Below, in pieces: positions 1 to 13,600 of a DNA stretch of 64,000 nucleotides (its first letter is position 1; each line of letters starts with the position of its first letter). The notes beneath the pieces were generated by a model, which ran no database searches, was not told the DNA's origin, and worked only from the letters and a program-made list of their open reading frames with translations. The stretch comes from Diadema antillarum. Taxonomy: Eukaryota. The DNA is taken from NCBI RefSeq assembly GCF_040938485.1, contig NW_027271581.1:1550001-1614000 (forward strand), in the 5' to 3' direction. Both the position numbers and the translations under genes were made by a program.

Positions 1-3000
1 CTCTCTTTCATCAACTGAGGAAAACCAAGCTCAAGGCCCTCAGATTCTCATTTCACCAGGATAATTACAGATTCTACTCCCTTAACCGCATGATACCCAC
101 AGGCCTCCAACTCCACTGCACTCCAGCTCTTGGAACACTCTCACCTGAACTACGGAAACGCTGGAACCAGACTCTACGTGGAGCTTCCATCCGTTTGATT
201 AACATTCTCTCTGAACAGTGTGCCGCCTCTCTCACTTCCTTTTCAGCTGACATCGACAGACTGGAGAGTGAACTTCGCTCTTGCTGCACCGACACCCAAT
301 GGCTCAAATACAATGATGAAATTGAATCTGGTCTCTCAAAACATGTGTCTGACCTCACTGCTCGCAGGAACAAGAAAATAGGCAACATCACGAAGAAACA
401 TCAAGGGTCTAACAGATTCAGGCGACACACCACACCCACTGATGTATCCGCCACTTCTGTCATTAACCTTTCTTCTTCTCCCCTTTCTCAAGCAGAAACG
501 TCTCTTCTCTCAAAAGGTCTCAAGTTTTGCCCCACTCCACCCAAGGTTGATCAGATAGCACTCAGCCAAGACCTCTCTACTTTCTACTGCAGGTTACGCC
601 TCAAAGAATTTTTTCTTGATGAACCCAATTCTGCTCCTGAGCCCTTTCATCAAAAAAGCTCATGGATTCCCCCCAAGAATAGAGTTCCCTCCCTGGAAAC
701 GTACATCGAAGCTGTCTCATCTCAAGTTCACTCCGCAGATACCCTCGACATTGCATCACATGACAATCTCCCAAAGGAAGAACGCCAGGCTCTCTCATCT
801 CTCAAAAACAGGTCTGACATCATCATCAAGCCCGCAGACAAAGGATCAGCTGTTGTAGTAATGGACCGCCAGCAGTACATCGATGAAGCCATGAAACATC
901 TCCGCAATCCTTCCCACTACACACTTCTTGACTTTGATCCCACCAATAATTTCTCCCAACAGATCCAGTCGACACTCGATGACATGAAGGAACATGAACA
1001 CCTCACCAAGAAGGCTCACAAATTTCTTTCCCCCGTTAATGCCAAACCTGCCCGATTCTATCTGCTCCCCAAGATCCACAAACCTAGCAATCCCGGTCGT
1101 CCCATCCTCTCTGGAAATGGTTCCCCAACAGAGAACATCTCCCTCTTTGTTGATCACCACATTAAACCCCTTGTCTCACTCGACCCTCCTACATTCATGA
1201 CACACCAGACTTTCTCAGGAAACTCGATGACATCAAGGACCAGATACCCGAGACAGCAATCATCGGTACTTTCGACGTCTCCTCTCTCTACACCAACATT
1301 CCCCACGATGAAGGTATTCTAGCCTCCTGTGAGGCTTTGACTTGCAGCGGCCATTCCAACCCCCCCCCCCCCCCCCCCCATATCTCACATCAAATCCCTC
1401 ATGTCACATGTACTGATGAAAAACAACTTCACATTCATGGACAAGCACTACCTACAGGTATCTGGCACAGCTATGGGTACCAGGATGGCTCCCTCCTTCG
1501 CCTGTCTCTTCATGACCAAGCTAGAGCAGCAGATGCTAGATTCAGCCCCCTGTCGTCCATGGATTTGGTGGCGCTACATCGATGACATCTTCTTCATCTG
1601 GACCAGGGAGGAAGAAAGCCTCCATCATTTCATTGACCACATCAATTATTTCCACCGAACCATCAAATTCACTTCTGATTTCTCCCAAGAAGAGACCAAC
1701 TTCCTTGATGTCACCGTTAGGAAGGAGTCTAACCATGTCACCACCATTCTCTACACTAAACCCACAGTTACCCATCAGTACCTTCACTCAGCCAGCTGCC
1801 ATCCCCGCCACTGCAAAACCAGTATCCCCTACAGCCAAGCCCTCAGACTTCGCCGTATCTGCTCTGAGGATTCTGAGTTTTCTTTCCATGCCAGGAACCT
1901 GAAGAGACATCTCGCAGCCAGGGGCTACGGTACCAGGAGACTTCAACAAGCCATCAACAAAGTTCGTTCTCTCCCCAGATCTGAAGTTCTCAAACCGAAA
2001 TCCAACAAGCAGGACATCAGTGACAGAATACCCCTGGTGACCACTTTCCATCCCAATCTACCCTCTCTCCACAATATCCTTCGTGATAACCACCATATCC
2101 TTCATGCTGTACCTCTGATCGTCTCTTACAGGCCGTCCCAGATACTCCCATCCTGGCATACCGACGCCCCCATAACCTCAAGGATCTCATCGACCGTGCT
2201 GAAGTACCCTCCCTCACTGACAATTCTTCTCCTTTACAGCATGGCACATTCAAATGTTCAGCCAGTAGGTGCATCATTTGTAGCATACACATCCACCAGA
2301 GTGACTCTTTCACCAGCAACTCTACCGGCCTCTCTCACCACACAAAGGGAAACATCACTTGTACTACCACTAATGTTGTGTATCTCATCACTTGCAGAGT
2401 TTGCAGAATCCAGTATGTTGGGGAAACCAAGACAACACTCAAAAGACGCTTCTATGGACACAGATCTACTGTCAACACAGCCAAGCTCGACACTCCAGTG
2501 GGCCACCATTTCAATCTACCTGATCATTCCATCACTGATATGACTCTACAGGGCATTGAATCTTTAGGCACTCGTCCAGACACAGTCAGAACCAGCAGAG
2601 AGAAGCTCTGGATGAGACGTCTTCACACTATCCAACCCCATGGCCTCAACATCCAGGAGGGAAATGACTAACCACCTTTTATTCCTTTTTATTTTTATTA
2701 TTATTGTTATTCTCTTTTTCATTTTTGAATTTCATTTTGTTCTTTCTTTGCGCTTTTTCTATTTGCAGACCTGTTTATTCCCAATTAATCCCTTCCTCTA
2801 GTCCGAGTCTCTTTTATACAGCCCTTTTCTACCTACAATGGTACTGTAAACATACACGCACTTGGTTTTGTTGGTTTATACTTACTTGTGCTTACTATGC
2901 CTTGCCTGCCTATCCACATACAGTGTACATTGTATACAATCTTCTTTCCCCCAATTTTTTCATATGTATTTTATTTCATTTCTTTTATCAATATCTTTTT

Positions 3001-3600
3001 CATTATTGTTACTTCAATTATCATTATCATTACTGTGTGTATATATACTTTGATTTATTTGATTACTTCCTTTTGCTGCCTCCTCCTGGTACTCCTTTCA
3101 GGGTTCACTGTTTGCTCAGCCCCCCCCCCCCCCCCCCCCCTTCCCCTTGGTGTTGGCTTTTTCACTCTTTCCCTTTCTTTATCCCTCTAGTGTTCCTTAT
3201 CTTCTTTGATGTTGCCTCCCTATTCATCCTTTTCCTACATTGGTTGCCCCCTTGATCCTCTTGATCACCACTGACCCTCCTCTGCCTTTTGTCTGTCCAC
3301 TCTCCTCTGCCCCTTGTCTGTCCACCCTCCTGCTCTAATCCCCCCTCTCTTTACCTGTTGGGCTCCTTGCCCATGAACGCCCACCCTCTCCTTTGTTTTC
3401 TTTGTTCTGTGTAACCAGCCTGTACCTGTCTGTTCTTGCGTGAAGTCCTTATATGTGATTGCTTTCCCTGCTTGTTTGTCATTTTGCCTCTGACGAAGAT
3501 TCTGCTAGGATCGAAAGCTCAGGCCCCTTTTGACTCCATTTTACTCCATTGGCTCGCCTTTATTGGATAAGCAGTTTTCAACAGGTTTTTTTTTGCCACA
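1..3600 (+). mobile_element. Penelope-like retroelement (Neptune-type), 5' end outside window, ORF frameshifted
   Basis: RT pieces in ORFs 90-1322 and 1401-2543 (KPADKGSAVV, FYLLPKIHK, GTAMGTRMAPS, WWRYIDDIFFIW). A Cys-rich linker (KCSASRCIIC) is followed by a GIY-YIG endonuclease (VVYLITCRVCRIQYVGETK, ORF 2378-2671). Frame changes occur near 1180, at the poly-C tract ~1357-1378, and near 2108. A pyrimidine-rich 3' region with a hammerhead motif follows. Confidence 0.93.
3486..3524 (+). ncRNA. Minimal type I hammerhead ribozyme of the Penelope-like element
   Basis: Stem I GCCT(3486-3489)/AGGC(3521-3524); core CTGACGA (3490-3496); stem II GATTCT-gct-AGGATC (3498-3512); GAAA (3513-3516); palindromic AGCT in place of stem III; UC cleavage site after 3520. 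Confidence 0.85.
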
Positions 3601-3766
3601 TTTTCCTGAGTGTGTGCTTTCTTTCCAATATTTAGATAGGTTAGGAGAGTCCATTTGATTTGAGTTATACATCATTTTAAAGCTTAAAGTCTGCTCTTTC
3701 AGAGTATGGTCTTAACTAAAAATTCATGTCTGGCGACTTTTTGTTTCTTTTGAGGTGCAGGGTCAC
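3601..3766 (+). mobile_element. Right-end fragment of the ~690-bp AWWT-target MITE (family A), abutting the PLE
   Basis: Near-identical to 21250-21413. Ends ...GAGGTGCAGGGTCAC followed by AATT. Confidence 0.85.
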
Positions 3767-4605
3767 AATTAAAGTAATTTACCCAATTATTAGTTCATTT
3801 CCCCAATTTTGTGTATTGATTTTGAATACTAAAAACTTTAAGTGATGATATCTTAAAAACATGATTTCGGCAATATGGCCGAGCCTCCACAAACATATCT
3901 CAAATAACTACAGGGGCTAGAATCTTGGAACTTGGCCAAAGTGATTCTTATGTTATGTCCTGTGAAGTGAACCAAAATCTTGCTTAAACTATGATTCTTT
4001 GTATTTTTTTGATTTTTTTAAAGTCATAATTATGAGTTTCATTAAATCATTCATCATTTCATACTTCATCTATTATAGGGTGTTCAAATTACCTGATTTT
4101 GGTTCATTTCATAGAGAAAGTATCAAGCTTTAATATACTTTTTATTCCAACAGTTTATCATTAACAGTTTTTGAGATATTTGATTTTCAAATTCTCTATG
4201 TACCAAAATTGACCATCCAAGATGGCCGCCATTACCATAGCAACGGGTCATGTGACCATCGTAATTTAGACTTTGTATGGATTACTTAGTTATAAGGTAA
4301 TATGTTATGCCAGGCTTGGGTGGTCAATTGTTGTAAAAAATGCATTAAAAAATGATTTTATTTTGATACATGCTCAAGGGGGTATTGCTACCTTAACATG
4401 AACTTTATCTAAAGGAGCAGGATACGTGTATAATCTATTTCTAAAATCAAAGATCTAACTTAGACATAATAAAATAACATGACTCACAGAAGTTCAAGGC
4501 ATCCCCATGGAAAGGCAAACTGAAAACCACAAATACAGGGACATTTACAATTAAAACAGATTACAATATCTGGCTTGACAACAGAGGGTCAGCACCGCAG
4601 CTCAC

Positions 4606-7600
4606 CTTTGGGACCTTGTGACCCTCCCCGTTGACCTCGGTAGGACCGGCACAAAGGAGTGGTAGGATGGCCAGGGGGAGGAGGAAGAGGAACATGTCGA
4701 TGATGGACGCCTCATGGCTGATCCAGTATAACAGGTACACCACGCTCCAGAAGATGAGAAGCACTATCCAACTCAGGAGCCAGCGCTGGATGCAGTGCGA
4801 GGTGGTTCGCAGCCGGCACTGACATGATATGAGGGGGTCAGAGTTCACAGGTAAAAGGTTAACTAACATTCACGCAGAGGATACCCAATCCCCCAATCCC
4901 CAATCATGCAGAGGATACCCCAGGTTCGCCACGCTCCAGAAGATGAGAAGCACAATCCAACTCAGTAGCCGGTGCTGGATGCAGTGCAAGGTGGTTCGAA
5001 GCCGGCACTGGAATCATATAAAGAGGTCAAGAGTTCACAGGTGAAAGGTTAACTAACATTCACGCAGAGGATAGCCAATCCCCCAATCCCCCCAATCCCC
5101 CATTACGTAGAGGATACCCCAGGTACACCACGCTCCAGAAGATGAGGAGCACACTCCAACTCAGGAGCCAGCGCTGGATGCAGTGCGAGGTGTTTCGCAG
5201 TTGGCACTGGAATTATATATGGGGGGTCAGAGTTCACAGGTGAAAGGTTAACTAACATTCACGCAGAGGATACCCAATCCATGCGAACAGTCATGCATTT
5301 TTTTCATTCAGGGTATTATTGAGAATCCTGCTTTTCCTAAATAAGTCTCAAAAAGTAATGCCTGACTGGTATGAAACTACATTGTATGTGTATTTAAAAT
5401 AAGACTGGAATTGACAAATTATGTAATCAGAGGTGACCAGCAAATCTTCACCCCATTTAACTGTAAAAAAAAAAATTAAAAAAAAATCATTCTTTATATA
5501 CTAGGCTTTCAGAAACTAACAAAGCATTGATGGAGACTTATAGTTAAACAGAGGAATCCAACTGAGAAATTAAGTATGTGTGTGAGTGTGTGTGATGGTC
5601 CATGGTGAGTACTGCATGGTCAGGTGATACATCCCATGTTTTAAAGTAAATCTGGTGTCTCTTCAAATCCTCTTATTTTCCACAAATTTCTCAATTTAAG
5701 CACTAGTGATAAAACATAACTATGTCTCATCATGAAAAAAAAAAATTGTCATACATATATGTGTATATGGTGGCCTATATCATTAAAGTACACTGCATTA
5801 CTAACATGTCTCATGGCTGAACGTGCCTCACATATGAATTCCAAAAGTAAAAGATAAACATTGTATCAAAGTAAAAAATATTCAACTAGAGAAGCACTCT
5901 GAGAGCACAGACCTCCGCCAAGCATGCAGCTCATTTCCACCACTGATCTTGTTCTTCCATAGTGATATCAGTGATTTCCACCCATACGTACTAGACACCA
6001 TGCTGAAAGTGTTTATAGTGTGCTGAAAGTCGCCCGATTTCCCATTATAGAAGCCTTTGTTACATCATAAACCCTCAGCTGCACGGCGCGCCTCGCCCTA
6101 GCAGAAACTAGAGCATGCACTTTAGTGCGCGCATGCAAACCTCAAATACTGTACATGCAGCCTGAACTCCCAAGTTCATTGACCCTACCTGCCAAAATAT
6201 AAAAAATCCTTCATAAATTCCCCCAAAATTCTCGGATCACTACCAAAAGTTAATCGTTTGGTACTTGTGTCATTCTCAACCTTTCCTGCAAGTTCATCCC
6301 AATCCGTTGACTACTTTTTGAGTTATTTTGCACACGGACAAACTACACTGTAACTATCTAATGAACGAACGAATGAACACACAAACCAACGGTAACGAAA
6401 ACATACTTGGCGGTGGTAATTATCAATGAAAACTAAGATTGTACATCCTTGGCTAGGTAAAAATTACTGAAGTACCGCACATACAATATGTCCATTGAAA
6501 CTAGACCAGACTGATTGTATACACTGCTATCACTGACACATTATGACAACTAATACACGCATCTATATTTGCATGCTTTCTTGGGTCACTTGTAACCATC
6601 AACTTCAGCAAGTGAGATTTACAATATGTAGTGAATTCTTTCTGAAACACGGATTATTTTGCCATACTTTCTTTGTTCATTTTTTTTTTCAGTGTATGTT
6701 TTTCTGGCACATCTTTGTTCAACTGTTTCACAAGAAGATTGGACACGGTTGTACTCTGTTTTTGACAAATTTAGACATGAAAAACAAACAGGCAAACAAA
6801 TAACCACGACTAAGCTCGATCACATGATACACAGCACAGGTCACATGTGTGCTTTAGTAAAAAAACAACAAACAAGAGATACAGTACAGCTGTAGTGGCA
6901 ATGCATAGGCCAACATAGTTGATCCTACATGATGCCATACTGAGATGAAATAATAAATGATAATTTATAATATTAAAAATAGTATAGAGCAAAAACAAAA
7001 ACAACAAATACAACATCTAAACACAAAGTCACAGCCAATTTTATGAAAGTGAAAGAGTGACAAAAAGGCTTACTAATGCCAAACACACAGTTTCAATGTG
7101 AATGCCAATTAAATTCATTATAAGAATCTATCTTGAATTTTCAAGAAGTAAATGATGTCAGATTTCTAATAATACAGTGCAAAAGGTCACAGGCATCATC
7201 CATTACTCTTCTTTTAGAAATATATGTTGATGACTTTCTAAAGACCTGTGTATTTATAAGCTGTATGTAGCAGTGTGGTAATTATGTTGATTGGAGCATT
7301 ACAAATATCACTACAAAATTATTTTTGCACCAAACTTGTCTAATAAGATCACATGTCCACAAATGACTATAATATATACATTTTATATGTCCTGTGTGTG
7401 GTTTTTGTAGCAAAATTTGACTGTATACATTATTAATCATTACTAATCATAGGAATACCTCAATTCCAGCAAATCACTATGGCAGAATTTACCTGTAGTC
7501 TCCAGTACTTCTCCAGAATATCTTTGTTTTCCAAGATTTTGACACCATCAGCATTGGCGATCCGGGACTGAAACTCACTGCGTGCCTGAAGTTAGGATGA

Positions 7601-10600
7601 TGATGAAATAATGTATAAGGTTTAGGCGTTGCATCAAAATTATACCTTGCAGGATCCTGCAGGATCCACTACCCAAATGTTCATTTTGATTATAATCAGT
7701 CATTTGGCATGTCTGCCACAATTCACTCAAAATATTAACAGATTGATAAATATGAGTGTGACTTTTCTTAAACCGTTGAGGATGGACAGATTTCACTACA
7801 ATACCCATTTCCCTTTAATGCACTTGCCCGAGTACATGTATACTCAGGACTCGTCCTCAATGGGTTGAAAGATAATGCATACACTGTGACATCTTATACG
7901 GTATGTCGATTTACAGTATTCTATTGTAAGCCATCCACATAATATTCGTAGATTTAAGAAATTCTTATTTCAAGATAGATTTGCCATCATCGCTGTAATC
8001 ATACAAACTTAAGGTTATTTCCATGCTTCAAACATTTTTTTTTTTTTGGACAAACCCTGCAGATATTAAAGGACAAGTCCACCTTCATATACACAAGGAT
8101 TGAGAGAATGCAGCAATATTAGTAGAACACATCAGTGAAAGTTTGAGGAAAATTGGACAATCCATTCAAAAGTTACGAATATTTTAAGTATCTGCGCAGT
8201 CACTGCTGGAAGAGAAGACTACTACAGTGTATGATGTCACATGCGTACAACTATATAAGGAAAATAAAAAGAGAATTTCACAAAACTTTACTTTTTGAAT
8301 AAAGTGCACATTTCTTCGACTTGTTTTTGACGTATGTTAAGGGTAATATTATTCCCCCTGCCTTCTGAAAGAGAGAAGTCGAGTGTTCTTTTGTTATGCG
8401 AGAAAAATGGAAATATGTTGAATTTTCTTTATTTTTTCTTTATATCGTTGTACTCATGTGACATCACAAGCTATAGTAGTCTTTTCATCTAGCCGTGACT
8501 GAGCAGAAACTTCAAAAATTCATAACTTTTTAACGGATTGTCCGATTTTGCTCAAACTCTCACTGATGTGTTCTACTAATATTGCTGCATTCACTCAACC
8601 CACATGTCTATGAAGGTGAACTTGTCCTTTAATGGACTAGACTTTGACACAGCAATACATCAACCTCAAACCTGACAAGTTGCACTGTGTTACCAGGATT
8701 TGTCCTAAGGTAAACTCTAAATCTCCTTTTATCACATGACTGATTTATTACTTTGAATAGATTTGCTCTTAAGTTATCTTGCTGTGCACTAGATCCTCTG
8801 CATTTGTGACTCGTGATCTACTCACTCCATTGCGGAATGGTGTAGTCACTAAACTATTGAATGGTGCAGCATCCATCATCAATTTTTACAACAGTGCTTT
8901 AAACCATTTCACACTTTTTTTTTCGCTCTCTCTCTTTTGTGGTAACAAAGAAATCAATGTAATGTTACTCAATTGGCACACTGAAAACTTTAAAGCCTTC
9001 AAGTGCAATTGTGTTGTGAAGTCTTGATGTTTGCTGACATTAAATTTATGGACATGTTCCTACACCACAAAAGGATGGAATTTAGTACAGAGTTTCTGAG
9101 CAAGTTTATGATGGGAGAGGAAATGACTTCCACACCCAGCTGATTGTAAAAACTGCATCACAAAGCCCAAAAAGAATTTTAGTGGGTTCTTGGTTTTCTG
9201 GCACGTAGGTCTGGAAATATTTCACAGATGCATCAACTCCTAGAGTTTGGGTGTTTTTCAAAAGTTGTTTGTGATGGCTTATGGACTTGTGGAATAAGCT
9301 TCAATTCTAATAATTGTGACAGTCCATTACAAAACCAACTAAAAGTCACATCAATTGATTTAATGAGAGGACTCAAAAAAAGATGAAACAGGGCAACCGA
9401 ATCAATCTTGATTTTATAATGTTTTATGAAAGAGCTGTTCGTTTTCTAGTATATTTAAGTTTGGGATCATAAAATGAATGGGAAAGTGTGTTTTCAGCAG
9501 TTTTTCTACAACCCTTTTCAGAAGAATAGTGTGATTAGGTATGTCTTACTTTAGAGGCTGCTTTTCTTTTGTTAGAAATCCTTTACACTCTTCACTTTCA
9601 GCTCTAATAGCTTTTGAAATGATAAATGCTACTGCCTTGAATGTTGGCATTGATAACAGGACAGAATGTGGTTTTCCCTCATTGTTGTTGGTATGGTGGT
9701 CTACATCCTGTTTTTGTCCAATTCATCACATGGCTAGCACGGCCTGTTAAAGATAAGTGCTCAACTTGACCCTGTACTTCAGAGCCTTTTTTTTTTCTCA
9801 GTTCACACTTATCCAGTATGAGTGTGTGTGTGTGTTTTTAAACTTAGTTAGGGTAGGGGAGTCCATTTGAATTGAGTAATCAATGGGTCATTTTAAATCT
9901 TAGAGTCTGGTCCTTCAGAATATGCACTTTAATAACTAAAAATCCATGTTTGGTGACTTTTTGTTGGTTTTCTGATGCAGGGTCGCATACATGTAAATTT
10001 GTATCCATGAAGAGAAATATATTATGAAAATTGCAGAATCTCACATTTGTGCTATTTCCTTGTCTACCGCCATCATAGCCTGAGGCGAGGAGATGAGCCC
10101 AGACGTCGTGGTTGGAATGATCAGCATCGACAGAATCAAATCCAACACTGGTATGATGCAGCCGAGACACGGATATGCGCCTTCTTTCATGCTCATTCAT
10201 ATCCCACTCATCTGCAAACATTTGGAAAAGGGTTACAATGGAATGTCTTTCAGAGAAGCCTGTTGTGCACATAGAGGTTAGACAGTGTTGAGTGGAAATT
10301 AAAACAATGTTGAGTACAACTTTTCACTTGTGTTCATACCCTACTACATCTTTCGTATCCATTAACACTTCATATCACTTCGAAACTTGAAATATCACAA
10401 CTTTTGAGTAAATTGTCTACGAGTATTCTTTCTCAAACTTTTACTAAGTGCATCACCAATCTTCCAGCATTTGCTCAATTCACATTTCATACATGGTATG
10501 CATAGGGAAATTCCCCCATCATTGATGTATTCTATTCAACTGAACATCAGAGTTTGTGGAAAGGTTTCTAGGAAGTGGGTGTGGGATAGTTCTCAAGGTT

Positions 10601-13600
10601 GGAGACATGCAACTGAGAAAATGCAGTTTCTCCATGAATAGTGGGTATGTAAGGATGTCAAAGGGCCAGAGCCTGATCATAAGATCTCAGCTGTTAGGAG
10701 GGTGTCTATCGATATGGTGTAATGAGCTAATGGAGACAAGAAGGAGCTGTGAATGGCAGAGCATAATAGATTAGAAGAATTGTCACAAGAGGGAAGTGCA
10801 GTAGTGTAAGTTTGCACACACTTCATCAGGAACCATACATCATGTATGTGGAGCATCAATCTTACAGTGAGTAATGGTGATATGTGGGATGAGGAGAGGG
10901 AAGTTTGGGAGGTCAAATGCAGTTTTGATACTTGGAACAATCCAAACTAAAAATTGTTGATGAGGAAACATACCAAGTGTTATGTCTATCTAGTAATTAC
11001 TTCATAATGGTGGCCTATGGTGACTATCTGTTTATTCTACACAAAAGTTAGACTCAGTGCATTTGAATAAGAACATGACTTTAAAGTTTCTTTTTTTTTG
11101 TGGGAGAATTGCTAAATGTTTTTTTTTTTCATCACTCCATTTCTTAACAGTTGGCTTGGTGCATTCAATTATTCCAAGTTACACATCATTACAGTGATGA
11201 ACTAGAAAAGCACTCTGAGAGCGCAGACCTCCACCACGCAGCTACTTTCCACCGGTGATCTTGCTCTTCCCAAAGAGATTTGTCTCCTCTCCATCACTGG
11301 GGAAGAGCTCTTTGGGCTCTTCCATAGAGAGCAGTGATTTCCACCCACAGGTATACATGCTGAAAATCGCCTGATTTTCCAATATTATATAGAAGCCTTT
11401 GGTACATCATAAACCCTCAGCTGCGCGGCGCGCCTCGCCCTGGCAGAAACAAGAGCATGCACTTTAGTGCGCATTTAAAAACCTCAAAAATGCGCAGCTT
11501 GAACTCCCAAGTTCATTGACCCTACCTGTCAAAATATCAAAAATCATGAATTCCCCCAAAATTCTCAGATCACTAAAATCATTTGTTACTTGTGTCATTC
11601 TCAACCTTTCCTGTAAGTTTCATCCAAATCTGTTAACTTTTGCACATGGACAAACAAACCAATGGTAACAAAAATAACCTCCTCCTTGGCGGAGGTAGTT
11701 AAGTGCAGAATCTACCCTTTCAGATCATGAAATTATTCCACATAAAATATATCTTATCTGGTGACTTTTCAGTGGCTTTTAGTGAAGCAGAGTCATATAC
11801 AGTGGACTCCCATTATAACACAATCCTCAGGACCAGCAGTTTTCTTTCACTATATCGAAATATATTATAACTGAACAAATAAACAATGAAAAGATATAGA
11901 ACGAATAATGTTGGGACATGAATTTTTACTCTGTTGTAACCAATTTTTGTTATAACTGTGTTCGTTATAATGGGAGTGCACTGTATGTAGCTAACCATAG
12001 TACACTGCTGCCTCAAAATTCTCTGAAGATGCTATATTTGGCAATCAGTGATTAAAAGTCAAAGAGGACAAACATTTGATCCTGTTGAAATATACTTTAC
12101 TTCTTCTTGTATTTTAAACAATTTCTATCTTTCAACTCAAAATCATTAACCTTGTATGGAAGACACACAAAGTATATCACTTCAATATCTATATTTCTGG
12201 CAGTGTACCTTCAAGACTTTGCATGACTTCTTCAGATGTGGGTGAAGGGGCAATCTGTTGGTGCCTGGCCGCACCAAGGCTGTCGTTGAGGATGGCACTG
12301 GCAGTCCCGTCCACCTGATCCTCAGCGATGCTGATGGTAGGATGCCGTCTGGTGCGATGCCGGTGGTAGTTACTGATGTGGCAGATCATCGCATCCTCGT
12401 CAAGCTCCAAGAGAAAGTGGCGAACACCTAGAGAAAAGTGAGCGTAATTCTGATAGCTTGCTGTCCACCCAGACTTTCTACATGAAATAAATTTGCGTTC
12501 TCTGTGTATCCTTTAAGATGTGAGCAAAATTAATTATGGTAGTGTGTAATTCTGCTGTAGTAAACAGTACAAATTGTACATCTCTCAAAATTTTGAAGTC
12601 ATCTTTTATTGTGGTTTATGTGTCAAAATAATAAAACTGATATACAACATTTCTAATGTTAACATTTACAATCATAATGACAACAAAAAGTAAACAAAAC
12701 AAAACAAAACAAAACAAAACAATGCGTGAACCAGTATTATACTCAAGGAGTAATTAGATATCACAGCAGTCTTCAACCTGCTAATTCAAAATGGCAGACC
12801 AATATACCGGTACTTGTACGGTTCATGTAATAAGCAATGACTGCATTCTAAATCTCATTTGAATTCTACAGAGAGTTTTGAAGACTGAGATTTTGACATT
12901 AAAAAAAAAAGGTACTATGAAACAAATGTACTCACTGATTGTGTGGGTGCGGCACACAGAAAGACAAGCCACAGCCACCAGCATGTTCCAGAGGAAAGAA
13001 AATGCAGTTAAACCCACTAGACAAGGGTACTGAATGAAGCAGATCCAGGGTGAAATGGCGACTGAGTGACATGTGTCGTCATGGAAAAGGTGCCTGTTCT
13101 CATAGTTGTACAGACCAATAAAGGTCAGTCCAAGGAAGCCTATCACAACAGCGGAATTCATCTTCAGAAAGGTCTTGGTGTGAAGGCGAACGCTCTGCAC
13201 AAACAGGCGGTTGGTGAAGAGTCGGAAGGCAAGGTTGTTTGCGTAGACAGTCACTGAGCAGAACATGAGCGCCATCAGGATATTGACAGTGCCGTTGAGC
13301 GAATCAAATGTTGTATTCTGCGAGACGATGTCGCTGACAGTGTACCACGTGCTGGCAATGACGTAGCCTACAGTGCTCAAGAGAGTGAGAAGGTATAGGA
13401 ACAGGGCAAATATGGGCCTGTCCTTCGGGTGTGTTTTGATACCGAGGGATTTGGCAATGATGTACCAGAGCCATGGGGGGAGGGGACGAGACTGCTTTAT
13501 CCTGACAGGGCGGGCCTCCTGCTCTCCAAGGGACTGAAAGCCCTGGGCCTGGATAGAACCTGGTCGGAGGACCACCTGGGGTTGGCCACGGAAGCAGTCC

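Noticed and set aside
2704-3255. Hydrophobic ORFs (183 aa and overlapping ones)
   Set aside because: These are low-complexity translations of the T/C-rich PLE 3' region.
3771-4397. Additional TTAA-type MITE
   Set aside because: The interior looks repeat-like, but the left and right termini match too poorly to define an element.
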